A DNA stretch of 64,000 bases, from contig OZ260661.1 of assembly GCA_965285935.1 (NCBI GenBank), positions 138,818,001 through 138,882,000 on the forward strand, written 5' to 3'. Positions 52,101 through 64,000 of this stretch are shown here, piece by piece. The stretch comes from Ophelia neglecta (Eukaryota). Every line of letters begins with the position of its first letter. Within the stretch, counting starts at the first letter, position 1. The position numbers and the translations under genes were made by a program. A model generated the notes under the pieces. That model made no database searches, was not told where the DNA came from, and saw only the letters and a list, made by a program, of their open reading frames with translations.

Positions 52101-53964
52101 TCTGAAAAATGTATCCAGAATCAAGAAGTATCTCACTAAGGATGCCCTTTTGACTATTACACATGCCTTTATAACTTCAAGAATAGACAATTTGAATTCG
52201 CTCTATGTAGGGCTGCCTGATGTACTTGTGGAGAAATTGCAGCGGGTGCAGAACTCAGCTGCTCGTATGGTGACAAATTCTTCATACAGTTGCCATGTCA
52301 CCCCACTCCTGGCCAAACAACATTGGTTACCTGTTAGGCAGCGAATCAATTTTAAAGTATGTCTTCTTGTTTTTTTAAATGTCTGCATGATCTGGCCCCC
52401 ATATATCTCAAGGATCTCATTTTTCCGTATGTGCCAAACCGATCTTTCAGATCTGAGGGCCAACATTTATTGGTAGTGCCAAAATATAAAACGTCCACAT
52501 ATGGCCAGAGACGTTTCTCAGTTGCAGCCCCAAAATTATGGAACAGTCTACCTGCAGAAATAAGGTGCTGTAACACATTAGATTCTTTTAAGAGGGCACT
52601 CAAAACACATTTTTTTAGAATTGCATTCCCATAATTTTTAAATTCAGTCTAATTTGTTTTAGTATAGTTTTTTATTGTGACTGTGATATTTCTTACTTGT
52701 CTTTTTTATTTTAACTATGGAGTTTGGATTTGTGTGTATTATAATGCTTATACTTTATTTCAACTATGTAGTTGGGTCTTATGTGTGATGGAAAATATTT
52801 TTATGTAAAGCGCTTTTGAACAGTTGACTCTGGAAAAAGCGCTATATAAATTGAATAAATAATAATAATAATAAAACGAGGCTTCAGAAATATCTGGTAG
52901 GTCGGCCTATGGAGAGGCTGGCTGTGGATATTTTGGGTCCTTTTCCGCAAAGTGACAAGGGCAACAAGTATGTTTTAGTGATAGGAGATTACTTCTCGAA
53001 ATGGATGGAGGCATTTCCCATGCCTAATCAAGAGGCTACGACAGTGGCCGATATATTGGTTAAAGAAGTTTTGTGTCGATTTGGTCTGGCCCGTATTTTG
53101 CACAGCGACCAAGGCCGACAATTCGAGTCTGCCGTGTTTTTGCGGGTATGTGAGATATTGGGGATAGATAAGACCCGTACCACAGCATATAGGCCCATGA
53201 GTGACGGTATGGTCGAAAGATTTAATCAGACTTTAGTGGGAATCTTGGCAAAAATCTGTAGCTCCCATCAAAAAGACTGGGATGAGAAAATTCCGTTTGC
53301 CATGATGGCATATCGAGCCTCTAACCATGCCACCACCAAACAGACCCCGAATGCAATGATGTTGGGTCGGGAGGTGGAATTGCCCATAGATATTCTTTTT
53401 GAGAGAGATGTGGATGATCCTGAAGAGACCACTGAGTATGTTGAGCGCTTAAGGGAGCGCCTGGCTCGGGCCCATGAGTTTGCCCGTGACGAAATGCACC
53501 TAGCGTTCGAGCGCCAAAAACGAAATTACGATCACCGGGCGAATGAGCAAACGTATAGCTTGGGTGACGTAGTCCGCGTGTATTACCCGGTGAAAGTCAA
53601 AGGTATGTCCCCCAAATTGAGGAGCCCTTATCAGGGTCCGTATGTAATTGTCAGAAAAATTTCTGACTTATTGTACTTGGTACAAAAATCGCAGAACCAC
53701 AAGGGTCAGGTGATGCATCATGACCGTATGAAGTTATATACGGGAGAGCCAACACTGTTGGTCGAGAGGGTCCAGCAGGCCTTGGGGTGTGCTCCTGTAG
53801 GGGCCGTCGGTCCGGACGGAGGCCGAGATCGTTCCCCCAGTCCCTCGGCGAGTGTAGCAATGAGCCCACCGACACCCGTTGATTCCGGGCCAAGTGATGG
53901 CTCGGATGACGAAAATGACAAAAGTTTGACACCGACTGGCGTGAGACGAAGTGCGCGGCAATGA
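46182..53964 (+). pseudogene. pol: Gypsy pol, copy B, with complete integrase C-terminus
   Basis: Same lesions as copy A plus a TAA near 48833. Integrase core 52909-53964 has D,D(35)E and YQGPY motifs. Confidence 0.93.
48924..52872 (+). mobile_element. L2-clade LINE, copy B
   Basis: Same insertion junctions as 38827-42600; retains ~170 bp (49079-49250) missing from copy A. Confidence 0.93.
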
Positions 53965-54047
53965 AAGGTCCCGCAGTATTTAAAAGGTTATGTACATTGA
54001 AAGGCATGCGAAACCTGTCTTGATGTTTGAGTCCTGTAAAAGTATTG

Positions 54048-54080
<33 letters not shown>

Positions 54081-54085
54081 TGATT
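54048..54085. repeat. (GATT)n microsatellite
   Basis: ttgattgattgattgatt... run. Confidence 0.9.
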
Positions 54086-54177
54086 GTGCTATGTGATAAA
54101 TGTGCATTTGTGTACTATGAATGTAATGAGTGTCGCATGAGTGTCATGTGTAGTGAATGTTGTGTTATTGTTGTAGA

Positions 54178-54841
54178 ATGAGATGCTTTACCTGCCGGGC
54201 GGAGTTCCCAGACTGGGACAGTCTGAGGAAACACAAAGAGGAATGCCATGGGAGCCATGACCAGGCCCAGAGGGACCGAAGGTGCGAGAAAACGTCCGTA
54301 CGGTCAGCCGGGGACTACCGGCCATGGGGGACCAGCGGTTGCCCGCCTACGCCGGGTCAGCGCAGAGGAGATGTGCCCTCTCAGAGGCTGCCCAGTTAGG
54401 GATGAAGATGACTGGGGAATATTTAGACATTTGCGTGGCCATCATGCCCTTTCAGAGGAGTCGGCCTTCCGGCTGGCCAGGCAACCTCTTGCTCCTCCGG
54501 TCCTACGAGTTCCCGCGAGTTCAGAGCTTCCCGTTGTGCAGCAGCCAGTCGCCGCGCCAGCTGCACCCGCTGCCCAGCAACTCCTCGACCACCGCCTTCC
54601 GGAGCACAATAGTTTCCGCCAACACCACAGAGACGAGAGATGTCATGGGCGAGGCGTTTCTCCAAGCAGGGGTAACAGGCCCTCTCCACCCAGAGCTACC
54701 GCTGGAGGAACCGGAGCAGAACCAGAGGATTGACGAGGTCTCGACGGCAGCCTGCTTCCTGGCCTCCACCCTCGCCGACTCGGTACCAGAAGCGGTGAGG
54801 ATGGTTTCCTGCTTCCGGAACCAGATATTTTCTTAGGATAG
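54178..54841 (+). pseudogene. Extra Gypsy 3' ORF with two C2H2 zinc fingers (frameshifted)
   Basis: MRCFTCRAEFPDWDSLRKHKEECH (C-x2-C-x12-H-x4-H), then in the +1 frame CPLRGCPVRDEDDWGIFRHLRGHH (C-x4-C-x12-H-x4-H). Acceptor-like TTGTTGTAG ends at 54176, just before the ATG. Confidence 0.68.
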
Positions 54842-55118
54842 GACACTAGTGCCCCGAACTGTAGCGTCCAACCGGAACATTTTCTTGTGCTACTCGGATT
54901 AACTTGATTGTGTATATATATCGGACTGTGGCGTCTTTCAAGGAACATTTTTATCGTGCCACCATAGCCGAATATAGTTAGTGTATATAGTAGGTAGGAC
55001 ATATTTATCTTTGTATTTATTACAGGTCGTTATGTTAATTGTTAAACTGTTTGTATAGGACTCTTGCCAACTCCATTGACCTTTCCGTCGCTAGCCGCCT
55101 GAGGACAGTCGGGCGACT

Positions 55119-55128
55119 GGAGGGGGGC
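55119..55128 (+). promoter_or_regulatory. Polypurine tract
   Basis: GGAGGGGGG immediately upstream of the 3' LTR. Confidence 0.8.
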
Positions 55129-55130
55129 TC

Positions 55131-55520
55131 TGTAATGAAGTTGGCCTGGGCAGGCCATGTGTTGGCCCACGTTGCCTGGAGGCCAGGGGAGAGCGATGTG
55201 CTCTGGTCGGCGTCTGACTCGTGAATGGTGAGATGCCGCTTGCTTATACATTGGGCTTATGGGAGCCATATAAAAGCATTTGCACCAATGGTCACGAGGG
55301 AAGACAGGACATTAATCAAAGCCGGAGCAAGACATCGCGTAGGACACAAGGAATAATAGTGACACAGGATTGTGAAAAATACGGACTTTATTCGAGAAAC
55401 TAAGGTTTGTGGCTCATTTGGACCCATATTTTTGTATTTAAAGTTAATAAAGATTTTATACCTGTTTTCATGTGTCGAGTTACTCTTTCGCACAAAGCCC
55501 GACCGGCAAACATTGTCACA
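55131..55520 (+). repeat. Gypsy 3' LTR
   Basis: 390-bp direct repeat of 33029-33418. Confidence 0.97.
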
Positions 55521-55542
55521 GTATGATAATAATGGATTAAAC

Positions 55543-56901
55543 CAGACATTGGGCGAATACACTTGAAATGTATTCGAATACGAATACGAATACTGAATAA
55601 TCTCACGAATACGAATACAGCAGTTTTCAAATGTATTTGAATACAAATACGAATACTTTCAAAAGTATTCATCAATACATTCATGAATATTTTGGGTTTT
55701 GTATGCCAATAAATGGATTATATATTAATTAGAGTATATAGAAATTTAATATTAATTAAAATATATATTATTGATTACACTACCTGATATAGAAGGTATA
55801 ACAAAAGCTGTATTAAATGCCTGAGCAAATTACACTATGCTATGTACTAGGAGAAAAATAAACACTAATAAAATATTATTGGCCTTTCTACATATACTGT
55901 CCCATGTATTTAGTGCATTTGTCAATGACATGTATTTTACAAATTTAGTATTACTTTTTAGAAACATGAGATTGTCAGACAAAGTTTTTGTCTGACAATC
56001 TGCACCTTTCGGGGCAGAAAACATTGTATGTGCCTTGTATCTTCCTGTTGTATTGTCTTGATGTTTGAAGTGGCTAGCCACAACAGATGCTGCCATGGTT
56101 TCACCTGAGGGCTAAAAATTCAGCTAATGTGTACTGTTCGTCTTGGGGGTTGAACACTGATAATGATGAGATGGCTCAGCCGTAAATATACCTTCAATAA
56201 CATGGTCACTCATCAAATTTAGCCAATCACCACACACCTACCGGTATTAAGGATGTACAAAAGTGCCATATGTGTGTGTGAAAATCTACATTCAAGTCCA
56301 ATTCACTGGTCTCCAGTATTAATTGAAATTGAACCTGTGACCAAGGAGACAGAAGCATTTGGTAAAGCTTATAACTGATCTTGTCAACGCGACCAGGGTA
56401 CAAGGCATCCCCCTTATTCCTGGACTTAAGACAAATGATTTTATTTAATTTCATACTATCAACCATTGTCTCACCTGATCATTTGGTAAGTCTGCTAAAT
56501 ATCATATTGTCAGACAATGTCAGTCATTGTCACACCTCAATCCAATCATCACACTGATCAATGGGACTTTCAAAACTACCAAACTAACACAGCAGTCTCA
56601 ACTATCTGTTTTAGGTTCCAGCTAGCATGGAACTTAAGTTAGATGTGGAAATTTTAAGATCAGTTAATTCAATTAATTAAGTTTTTCTTGAAAAGGGTTC
56701 TAAGGGGAAAGTTATATATAAATATTTATCATTGTAATCACAAACGTATTCAGGAATATGAATACATTAATTTTGAAATGTATTCGAATACGAATTTATA
56801 TTGGCTTTTTTCAGAATGTATTCAAATACGAATACGAATACAGCATTTTTGTATTCGAATACATTTGAATACGAATACTGAATACGAATACCCCATGTCT
56901 G
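55543..56901. mobile_element. Non-autonomous hAT element with (GAATAC)n subterminal repeats
   Basis: CAGACAT...ATGTCTG termini; 8-bp TSD GATTAAAC at 55535-55542 and 56902-56909. Confidence 0.88.
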
Positions 56902-59056
56902 GATTAAACAGGACTGCATGGCTTATAAACAATGTGCACATTTATAAATAAGAAATAAATCATTCTCCACCTTATGACTTGTTCTGAATTCGGAGTCCTG
57001 AGTTTGATGTATCATTTCATGCCAAAAGAGTTGTATCTACCTGCTATTCATGTGTCAGTACTGTATAAATTCTAGAATTTGTCTAAGTATGATCATTTGC
57101 ATTAGCAGTTTCACTACACACTTTTGTATAATATATATTTCTATAAAATAGCTACACAAAAGTGTCAATAAGAAATACGTAATAAAACGCTTCCACTGTA
57201 AAAAGGGTTAAAACAATTTGTCCCCCCCCCCCTCTGTGAATAGATTAAAAAAAAAATGTCCCCCCCCCATGGAAATGGGTTGAAAAAAAACTGTCCCCCC
57301 TAATTTACCCCCCCCCCGGCCATAAATAATGAACGCTCCCTAAGTACAGCCAAAACAAAATGATATGGTTGTGGCGGGGCTACCGACACGCTTGGGGGTT
57401 TAAGACATACATGTACTGGAAAGCAGCAATAATCATCTTTATTAAATGACTTGTCTATCAATTTATCTGGACATGAATTTATGAATAAAAAATGAGATCC
57501 AAAAATCAATACAATAGATTTAACCTTTTTATTGTGTACATTTAATATGAACATGGACTACATTCATTGTCACATGTCCAGTACAACATATTCAGCATTA
57601 TGAAAGAAAGCTGTGTGTTCAATATTTACTGGTGAATACAAGTGCTTGACAACTCTCTGAATTTAATAATCAAGAAAGTTTCGTGGTACAGCGTTTCATC
57701 ATATCGTATTTCATTTAGATATAGCCATGCTGCGTCTTAGGTATAATTAGTAGGCCTTGTTTCCAATATTTTTCTTTCACATTTAAACGAAAATTATCCT
57801 TTTCCTTGGATCCGATAATATATATTAAATTAGCAACGGACCACAAGGTGACAAAAAAGTAGATTGATATTGAGGTGACATGGACTAATCTATGCAATGT
57901 CAACAGTTAATCTTGCATTGTATTGTACACAAAATAGCACTGAATAATTTCCCAATCAATTTAACAAGAGCCAATAGTGAGAGCACCTCCCATACTCTAA
58001 AGTAAGGTAAGGTCTTGGGAATTTTGTTTCGTGAATTTAAAAGATATGGATTTTTACTCGAATTAAAATCTAGATTCTACTGCTAGAACAACATCTAGAG
58101 CATTTTTATTCATTTGTCGATATTAAATTTCCCAAGTCAAAAAAATTGCAAAATTTGGTGAAATAAATACCAACTGAACATTAAGTGTAAGCAAAATAAC
58201 CAGAAAAAACTTAGGCACATATACATTATCAATAGCCCCCTCCCCCCCCCCCCCCCCCCTACTCTGACCGCCTGATCTAGACACATTATCTAACTACTAA
58301 GCAACAGGATTCTTTATACTAAATACAATAAGGAATTAAAGCTAACTTTGGATGTCTATCCAGCATTTTCTTTATTTCAAACAAATGGAGAAGCTCATTT
58401 GTTTTTAAATGAAATTGATCCAAATTCCAACAATGTCTATTTCACAGTGTTCTACATGGATTATAGACGGTTCTTTACATTTCGGTTTTATTAATGGGAT
58501 TATCCACAAAGGTTACTCAACAAGTGCCAACAACTAGCAAACCACTGGAATTTCAACATGTGTTTCACCTTTTCATACACGATGCATGTGATAGTATGTA
58601 CATCTATAGTAAATATCAATATAAGGGGTCATAAAAATATTGCCCTTCTTGAAAATATCGCCAAAGGAACGTGTATCTGTCTCAAAAATAGTTATATAGA
58701 AGTAAAACACAAGTTTGCATAAGGATTTATCCAAGAGGCAATAGGCAAAACCTTAAAACTAACATACTACAGTACCAATTAAAATGTCAACTTGATTATT
58801 ACTCTAATATATTTTTTCTTTAACAATCTAATACATTTTTTTCTTTTAAAATAATAAAATGACTTCCAATTCCCATATGATTATGTGCAAATGTTATATT
58901 AAATTTTCAAAGATATATTTCAGTTAATATATAATGCTATTCAATTGATGACAATGCTAATTTAATAAGCTTTCTCTACTATACATACTAAGTAGTATAA
59001 GTACTACTTGTACTAAGTAGTATAAACAAATCTTTATTTATATTAATAACCGCATC

Positions 59057-62000
59057 TTATGAAAATGTGATATGGTATTCAGGATAAGCCTGGGTATCAT
59101 TAAATATCACATACATTGATGGGTTACTAACATTATCCACAACCGAGTCATACAGGATTGCTCCAGATTTCACTGGAGGAACTTTCATTCCACCAGACCC
59201 AGTAGCAATGTCTCCAGTCAGCACTTTACACATATAAATGTGCTTATGGCCGGTTTTAGGATCAGGACGAGAATAGGTACTGGAACACGAGTAGGATGCG
59301 TTTTTGGCAAAGTACACTCCGTTACCAAGGGCTACGGCTGTAAACGAAAATTTTTAAGTTCAGCAACTGGTTAATGATTGAACAGTATCACAGTCTACTC
59401 TAAAACAATCCAATAGCTACAACATTAAGCTTTCTTCTTTAAGGAGATTTGATCTTTTGTTTTTAAACAAGAAACAATTCAAAATGATAAATCATAAAGA
59501 AATAATCCCGATTGTCTGCATTAAAATGAAGACAGTTGCCATATATGCGTAGCCCCATTTTTCAGTTTCTGAAACCTGATGACTTAAAACAATACAAGAT
59601 TGCAGGCAATTATTCTTTCTATATAATAGTTTAAAAATAACACTGCACCAATTGGGTGTTTATTGTAAAATTGCTATTACTTAGCATTTGGAAGAAAGAG
59701 TTTCCAAATGCCATTATAGTTCTCATACAAGGTATCAATTATAGCAAGTACCATTTTTTCCACAGTAACTCCTATTGAAACCATATCTGTTGATGCTTTC
59801 TAAAGTGTCGGCACTGGTGCCATGCCAGAGGATATTCTCGACACTTCCCGTTGGGTTGGCTTTCATCATACTGTCCCTGTGCACAGCGTACTGCTGGAAC
59901 AAGCTGGTGTTCTGAACCCTCTCGATCTGTTTGATAAAATGTTATTTTGCCATATACTGTAATGGTAAAATGTTCATGGGGGATTAAATTTACACCTTTG
60001 GAAAAAAGACAATTGGACATTTTTTGTTTCTTGGCAAGAATTATGCATGCGATTATGATTTTCATGAGTTTAAATTTAAGACTGATTGTATTGGTTCCAA
60101 AAGTCTCGAATTTGTCGAGAATATAAAACTTCCATTAAACTACTTGTTAGCAAATAGTTATCAATAGATATAACAAAATGCCTTTTATCGGGAATGCACA
60201 ATAATGAATACTGTAATAGTGGAAATGATTGCAGGGGGAAATTTTTGCGAATTTGAAAAGTTTGCATTTTTAGGGACCTTAATTGTGTTAAGCTTCGACA
60301 AATCAGGTATTGCAGTACTATGTACATAAAACCAGATCATAAAAATTGCATTTTTAAATTTGCATTTGTGTTTATTTTTTTTGCGCAAAGTTTTGGTTTA
60401 AATATTGCTTTACATAATTTTATGTTTAGAGGTTAGAATAAAATCTGTGCACCTTCATCAAATAAACCAATATTAAACATTGACATCAGGAAAGAAAAGA
60501 TGGCATATCTCTATAAAAGGAATTGTATCTGCATTTACTAGGTTGAATAGGGTTTTTTTCCAGCCAGTTGCATGACCATGATACTACTTCACAAACATGA
60601 CAATGTTGAGTAGCAGTATAATCTAATCCCATTCGTCAAGCTGAGCAGGTAGACCAGAACAATTCAAATATATCCAAAATAAGCTGGCTGTACAATGTAA
60701 GACCCTTTTACTTACGATTCACAACTATTTCTATTATTGCTCATTCGGACATATTTATTTTAAGAAAGGGTTATTACAAAATACTAAAGCAAGGCAATTA
60801 ATAATGGTCACATGGCTTAGTATACAAAGAACTTTTGTCATTTGCAATAATTGATAAAACATTTAGGATTATACCAGTAAATCTGATTCCAAAAACCTGC
60901 TGTAAACAGGGGCAAAGAAATAGGCTATTTCCATGTTTTAATGTACTAGGCTCTTTTGTGTTCTCCGACCATGCAGCACATCTCCGTATTAACCCATTTA
61001 CTAAAACTTTTGTCATATCAGACTTATGGCATTGACTTTTACCTTCTTGTAGCTTAAGTTCTATATGTCAAGTGGACAAACTGACAACATACATTATCTT
61101 GGCCTTAACACCAATCAATTGCATAAGCATTTTACTCTTTAACCTACCCTTATCTAGAGTTTTTTATTACTGGCTTATGGTTTTTAAGCTAGACTGTACT
61201 TTAAAGCATGTAAATGATATGTAAGAGGATACCTCGCCTTAAACAATTGAAAGTATGATCGATTGACGTGCTTACATTTATTTTTATTATTTTGGGTGGC
61301 TGCTTTACTTACACTAATTATGTTGTTAATGTGCCCCCCAGCAGTAGCCTTCAATTTATTCTCCACATCTTGGTACTCAGCAGAACTTGTCTGAAGAGCC
61401 ACCAGTTCAAAATGCTTGTTTGGGTCGACTGTGGTCCAGTTTGGCGGTACTTCCACACCACCTCCTGCAATGTAAAAAAACAACGCTGATGTAATAGTAT
61501 TGGCCTCCACAACTGAAATTGATTTTATTTTATTTTGTTTTTGTTGAAAGAAGTATATATATTAACAGTTGCATTGATATAGGGCTTAATGATGTAAATG
61601 ATTATAGCATGTTGTACACTGTGTGATTTATACTATATACCATTATTGTGGCAAAAAGGGCAAAGTACATTAATGAAATGACTTGAAAGAATAAATATAT
61701 AAATCTTAATAAACTAGTTAATTAATATCTGTACCAAAAACTTTACTTGGTTATATAAACTTAATATGTAGTGGTTATTATACTGATTATACAATCTGAC
61801 AATACGACTGCATTGTCATATGTTAGATAATTTAAGCTGACCCATACTAGCAGTACCACATGATGTTAAATTGCAATAAAGCTATCGATTTATTACCATC
61901 TGTTTGGTGCCAGAGGACATGGTCCAATACATATCCCCCCAAATATTTCTCCGAAAAAGGGGGGGGGGGGCAAGCTTAACCTTATTTCCAATATTGATTT

Positions 62001-62519
62001 TAAACAGGCATTTTAGAATCCTGGCTAACACCCTGGTGGGAATCATTAGGTCGAAATTTAGAAAGTACTTGACTTTCTTGATTTTATAACCTGAGAATTT
62101 TACTGTCAGAAAATAGCAGCCTATTTGAGGTCCATGCACAGTGCTTGCTCACCCACAAAGTAAAATAGGGCTATATTGTTAAGGCTATATACACGCTTCT
62201 ACACAAAATTAGAAATTGTTCTAATGATATCAGTTGAGGGGAAATATATATATATATATATATAAGAAAACCTAGATACCTAACTATTTATAGTAAATCT
62301 TTATAACTGACCTTTTGCTTTTCTGATGACTTTAACTCTCGCCCCAGCACTGCCACTCTGGGTTTCTACCATTGCTTTGAAGTCTATCTTGAACTTTTCA
62401 CCATCCTGCTCTGTCCATTGTATGTCCGGCAGTTTAGAATCAAAAGCCTCCTCAATCTTAGAATTAATTTCTTCTGGATATTCTTCGTAATCACCACTAT
62501 CCTCATAGTACCACTGAAC
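59057..62519 (-). CDS. PARP14-like mono-ADP-ribosyltransferase, last four exons (WWE plus catalytic domain); 5' part lies beyond the window
   Basis: Exons 62519-62312 (VQWYYEDSGDYEEYPEEINSKIEEAF..FKIDFKAMVE, WWE), 61464-61313 (VPPNW..SAEYQDVE), 59926-59752 (IERVQN..ILWHGT..GFNRSYCGKN) and 59337-59057 (ALGNGVYFAKNASYS..YDSVVDNVSNPSMYVIFNDTQAYPEYHITFS*). GT-AG introns, phases consistent. Confidence 0.93.
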
Positions 62520-64000
62520 CTATGATCAAATCAACTACCTGAATATTGACCACAGCAAGAACATTGCTTGATCGGAAATACATTAATGTAAAAACGTGAA
62601 GAACGAATGTAACAAATAGTTGTATGGCATTATTTCCTATGTCTTTGCAATGCATACTTGTGTGGTTTATTAAAAGGATACACTAGAATTGCACAGATAG
62701 CCTGTTAGCCCCACCAAAGATCAAACAGTAAGTGAACAAGGGCCCGCTGAGGCCAGGAGTCCCCTGCTGCAGGATCATGTATGAAAAGGTCAATGTCAAC
62801 AGGTCATATTACTCATATAAGATGGTTATCCTGGTCCAAATATTTTCAAGATTGGATAATTATTTAAAAAGTTGAAAATTTACCCAAAAATCTGGTTCAG
62901 AAAAGTCGTAGATCTCTTTTTTTATTTGTGCCATTGAATTCCTTGACCTCAGTTTGGTAGTAGCAGACATATTGTCACAAGTAACAACTAATTGATTATA
63001 AACAAAGACCATGTGTGTTTTTGAGTGGCTGCTTGGAGATCTGCTCCGGAAACAAAAAACAGCTCCAGAGGCCAAGGTTCATAGGTTAAAAAAATGGGAT
63101 ATTAAAAATGTGTTGGCGTACCGCAGTAATGAAGCCAATCACCTCAATTATATACTATTTTACTATACTATTCAATACTCCGCTATGAATGTCCTGCCTT
63201 AAACTTGTTTATTGCTTTTCTTTAGAATGGAGATGGCTAGGGGATAGTGTGTTAAGCTCAGGGCGGCAGGGCACAAGGATACTCCAATGACAAATTTCTT
63301 TATTAATCGATGGATTTTTGTATCATTCGAGCTTAGGGTTTACCCTGATATCAATGTACAACCAGGTTGATATTCAAAGCATTCATACAAAGTTGGGAGT
63401 ATGTTTTTGTGTGAGTTGGGGGGGGGGGGGGTGTCATTAACAATTTTAATTATGGAGTTAAACGGTTGCCAACAAAGATGCGTCCTCAAAGATGTGTCCT
63501 CTTGTGGGAGTCATATCAGGTGGCTAATATGTGTGTAAAGTTCATCCTGCCTAAATCCGATAATTATCGCATCATCACCGACATACATATTTTATTCCTT
63601 CTAATGCACATGAAACATTAAATGAGATCAAATTTGAGCATAATATTAGATTCACACCATAGCATTTCATGTAATGCTTCTTTGACAGTTTTCAAATTTC
63701 GGCATGTTAACATTCATATTTTGTTTTTAACTGAAATGGAAGATCATGGCCAAATTGAGAAATGCATGTTTGCCTTTTGCTGCATATATCACTAACAGCT
63801 TCATGGCTAAAAATAATACCTTCAATCAATTTTCAACTGGTAAAACAACAGAATTGTAGATGCATGTCCAAACCACTGTCACTGTTAGTTTTTTGAATCT
63901 ATGAGTTCCTACATAATTGCTTGTGTATTGGCATAGTCACTAGTCGTGTCCATGTACCAATCCAACGTTTCCATCTAATTAATGTATTCTCGGAAGTGGT

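Larger units (their letters stand above)
33029..55520 (+). mobile_element. Ty3/Gypsy LTR retrotransposon, decayed, with nested insertions and an internal duplication
   Basis: Two 390-bp TG...CA LTRs; 4-bp TSD GTAT at 33025-33028 and 55521-55524; PBS; PPT; domain order gag-PR-RT-RH-INT. Confidence 0.97.
31694..57340. mobile_element. PIF/Harbinger-like MITE (~1.5 kb) split by later insertions
   Basis: GGGAGCGTTCAATATTTATGGCCGGGGGGGGGTAAATT at 31694 is the inverted repeat of 57302-57340. TAA flanks both ends (31691-31693, 57341-57343). Related A-run/TG/C-run minisatellite lies inside both ends. Confidence 0.62.

Noticed and set aside
33029-55520. Two independent Gypsy insertions, or an active element
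   Set aside because: There is one LTR pair and one TSD, and both copies share the L2 insertion, the YVYD mutation, deletions and frameshifts.
59772-60065. 97-aa ORF from the track
   Set aside because: Wrong frame; the real exon 59926-59752 reads IERVQN..WHGT.
1909-62519. RRM exons and PARP exons as one PARP14 gene
   Set aside because: On the minus strand the PARP stop (59057) comes before the RRM exons, the wrong order, and the RRM exons splice to the kinase.

Overview
Eukaryotic DNA, most likely from a marine invertebrate (AT-rich, GT-AG introns, Meta-type tRNA SINEs, L2 and RTE-X-like LINEs). There are two host genes, both on the minus strand. (1) At 7718->1909 is an 11-exon gene of about 911 aa, hand-spliced with every intron phase consistent. 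It joins an apparently intact Ser/Thr-type protein kinase to five PARP14/PARP10-type RRM-like domains, and the RRM part arose by exon-block duplication. (2) At 62519->59057 is the 3' end of a PARP14-like mono-ADP-ribosyltransferase (WWE plus catalytic domain). Most of the 51 kb between them is transposon-derived. It includes a decayed Ty3/Gypsy element (33029-55520; 390-bp LTRs, GTAT TSD, tRNA-His PBS, GGGAAAC -1 frameshift). That element carries an extra 3' two-finger C2H2 ORF, an L2 LINE in its integrase, and an 8-kb internal duplication bridged by a LINE plus a foreign LTR. It appears to sit inside a Harbinger-type MITE. Also present are hAT and MULE-like non-autonomous elements, pogo and FLYWCH transposase fragments, a 1.6-1.7 kb tandem triplication with possible ankyrin/SOCS-box remnants, and one assembly gap. 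All coordinates, splicing and alignments were done by eye; no database search was run.
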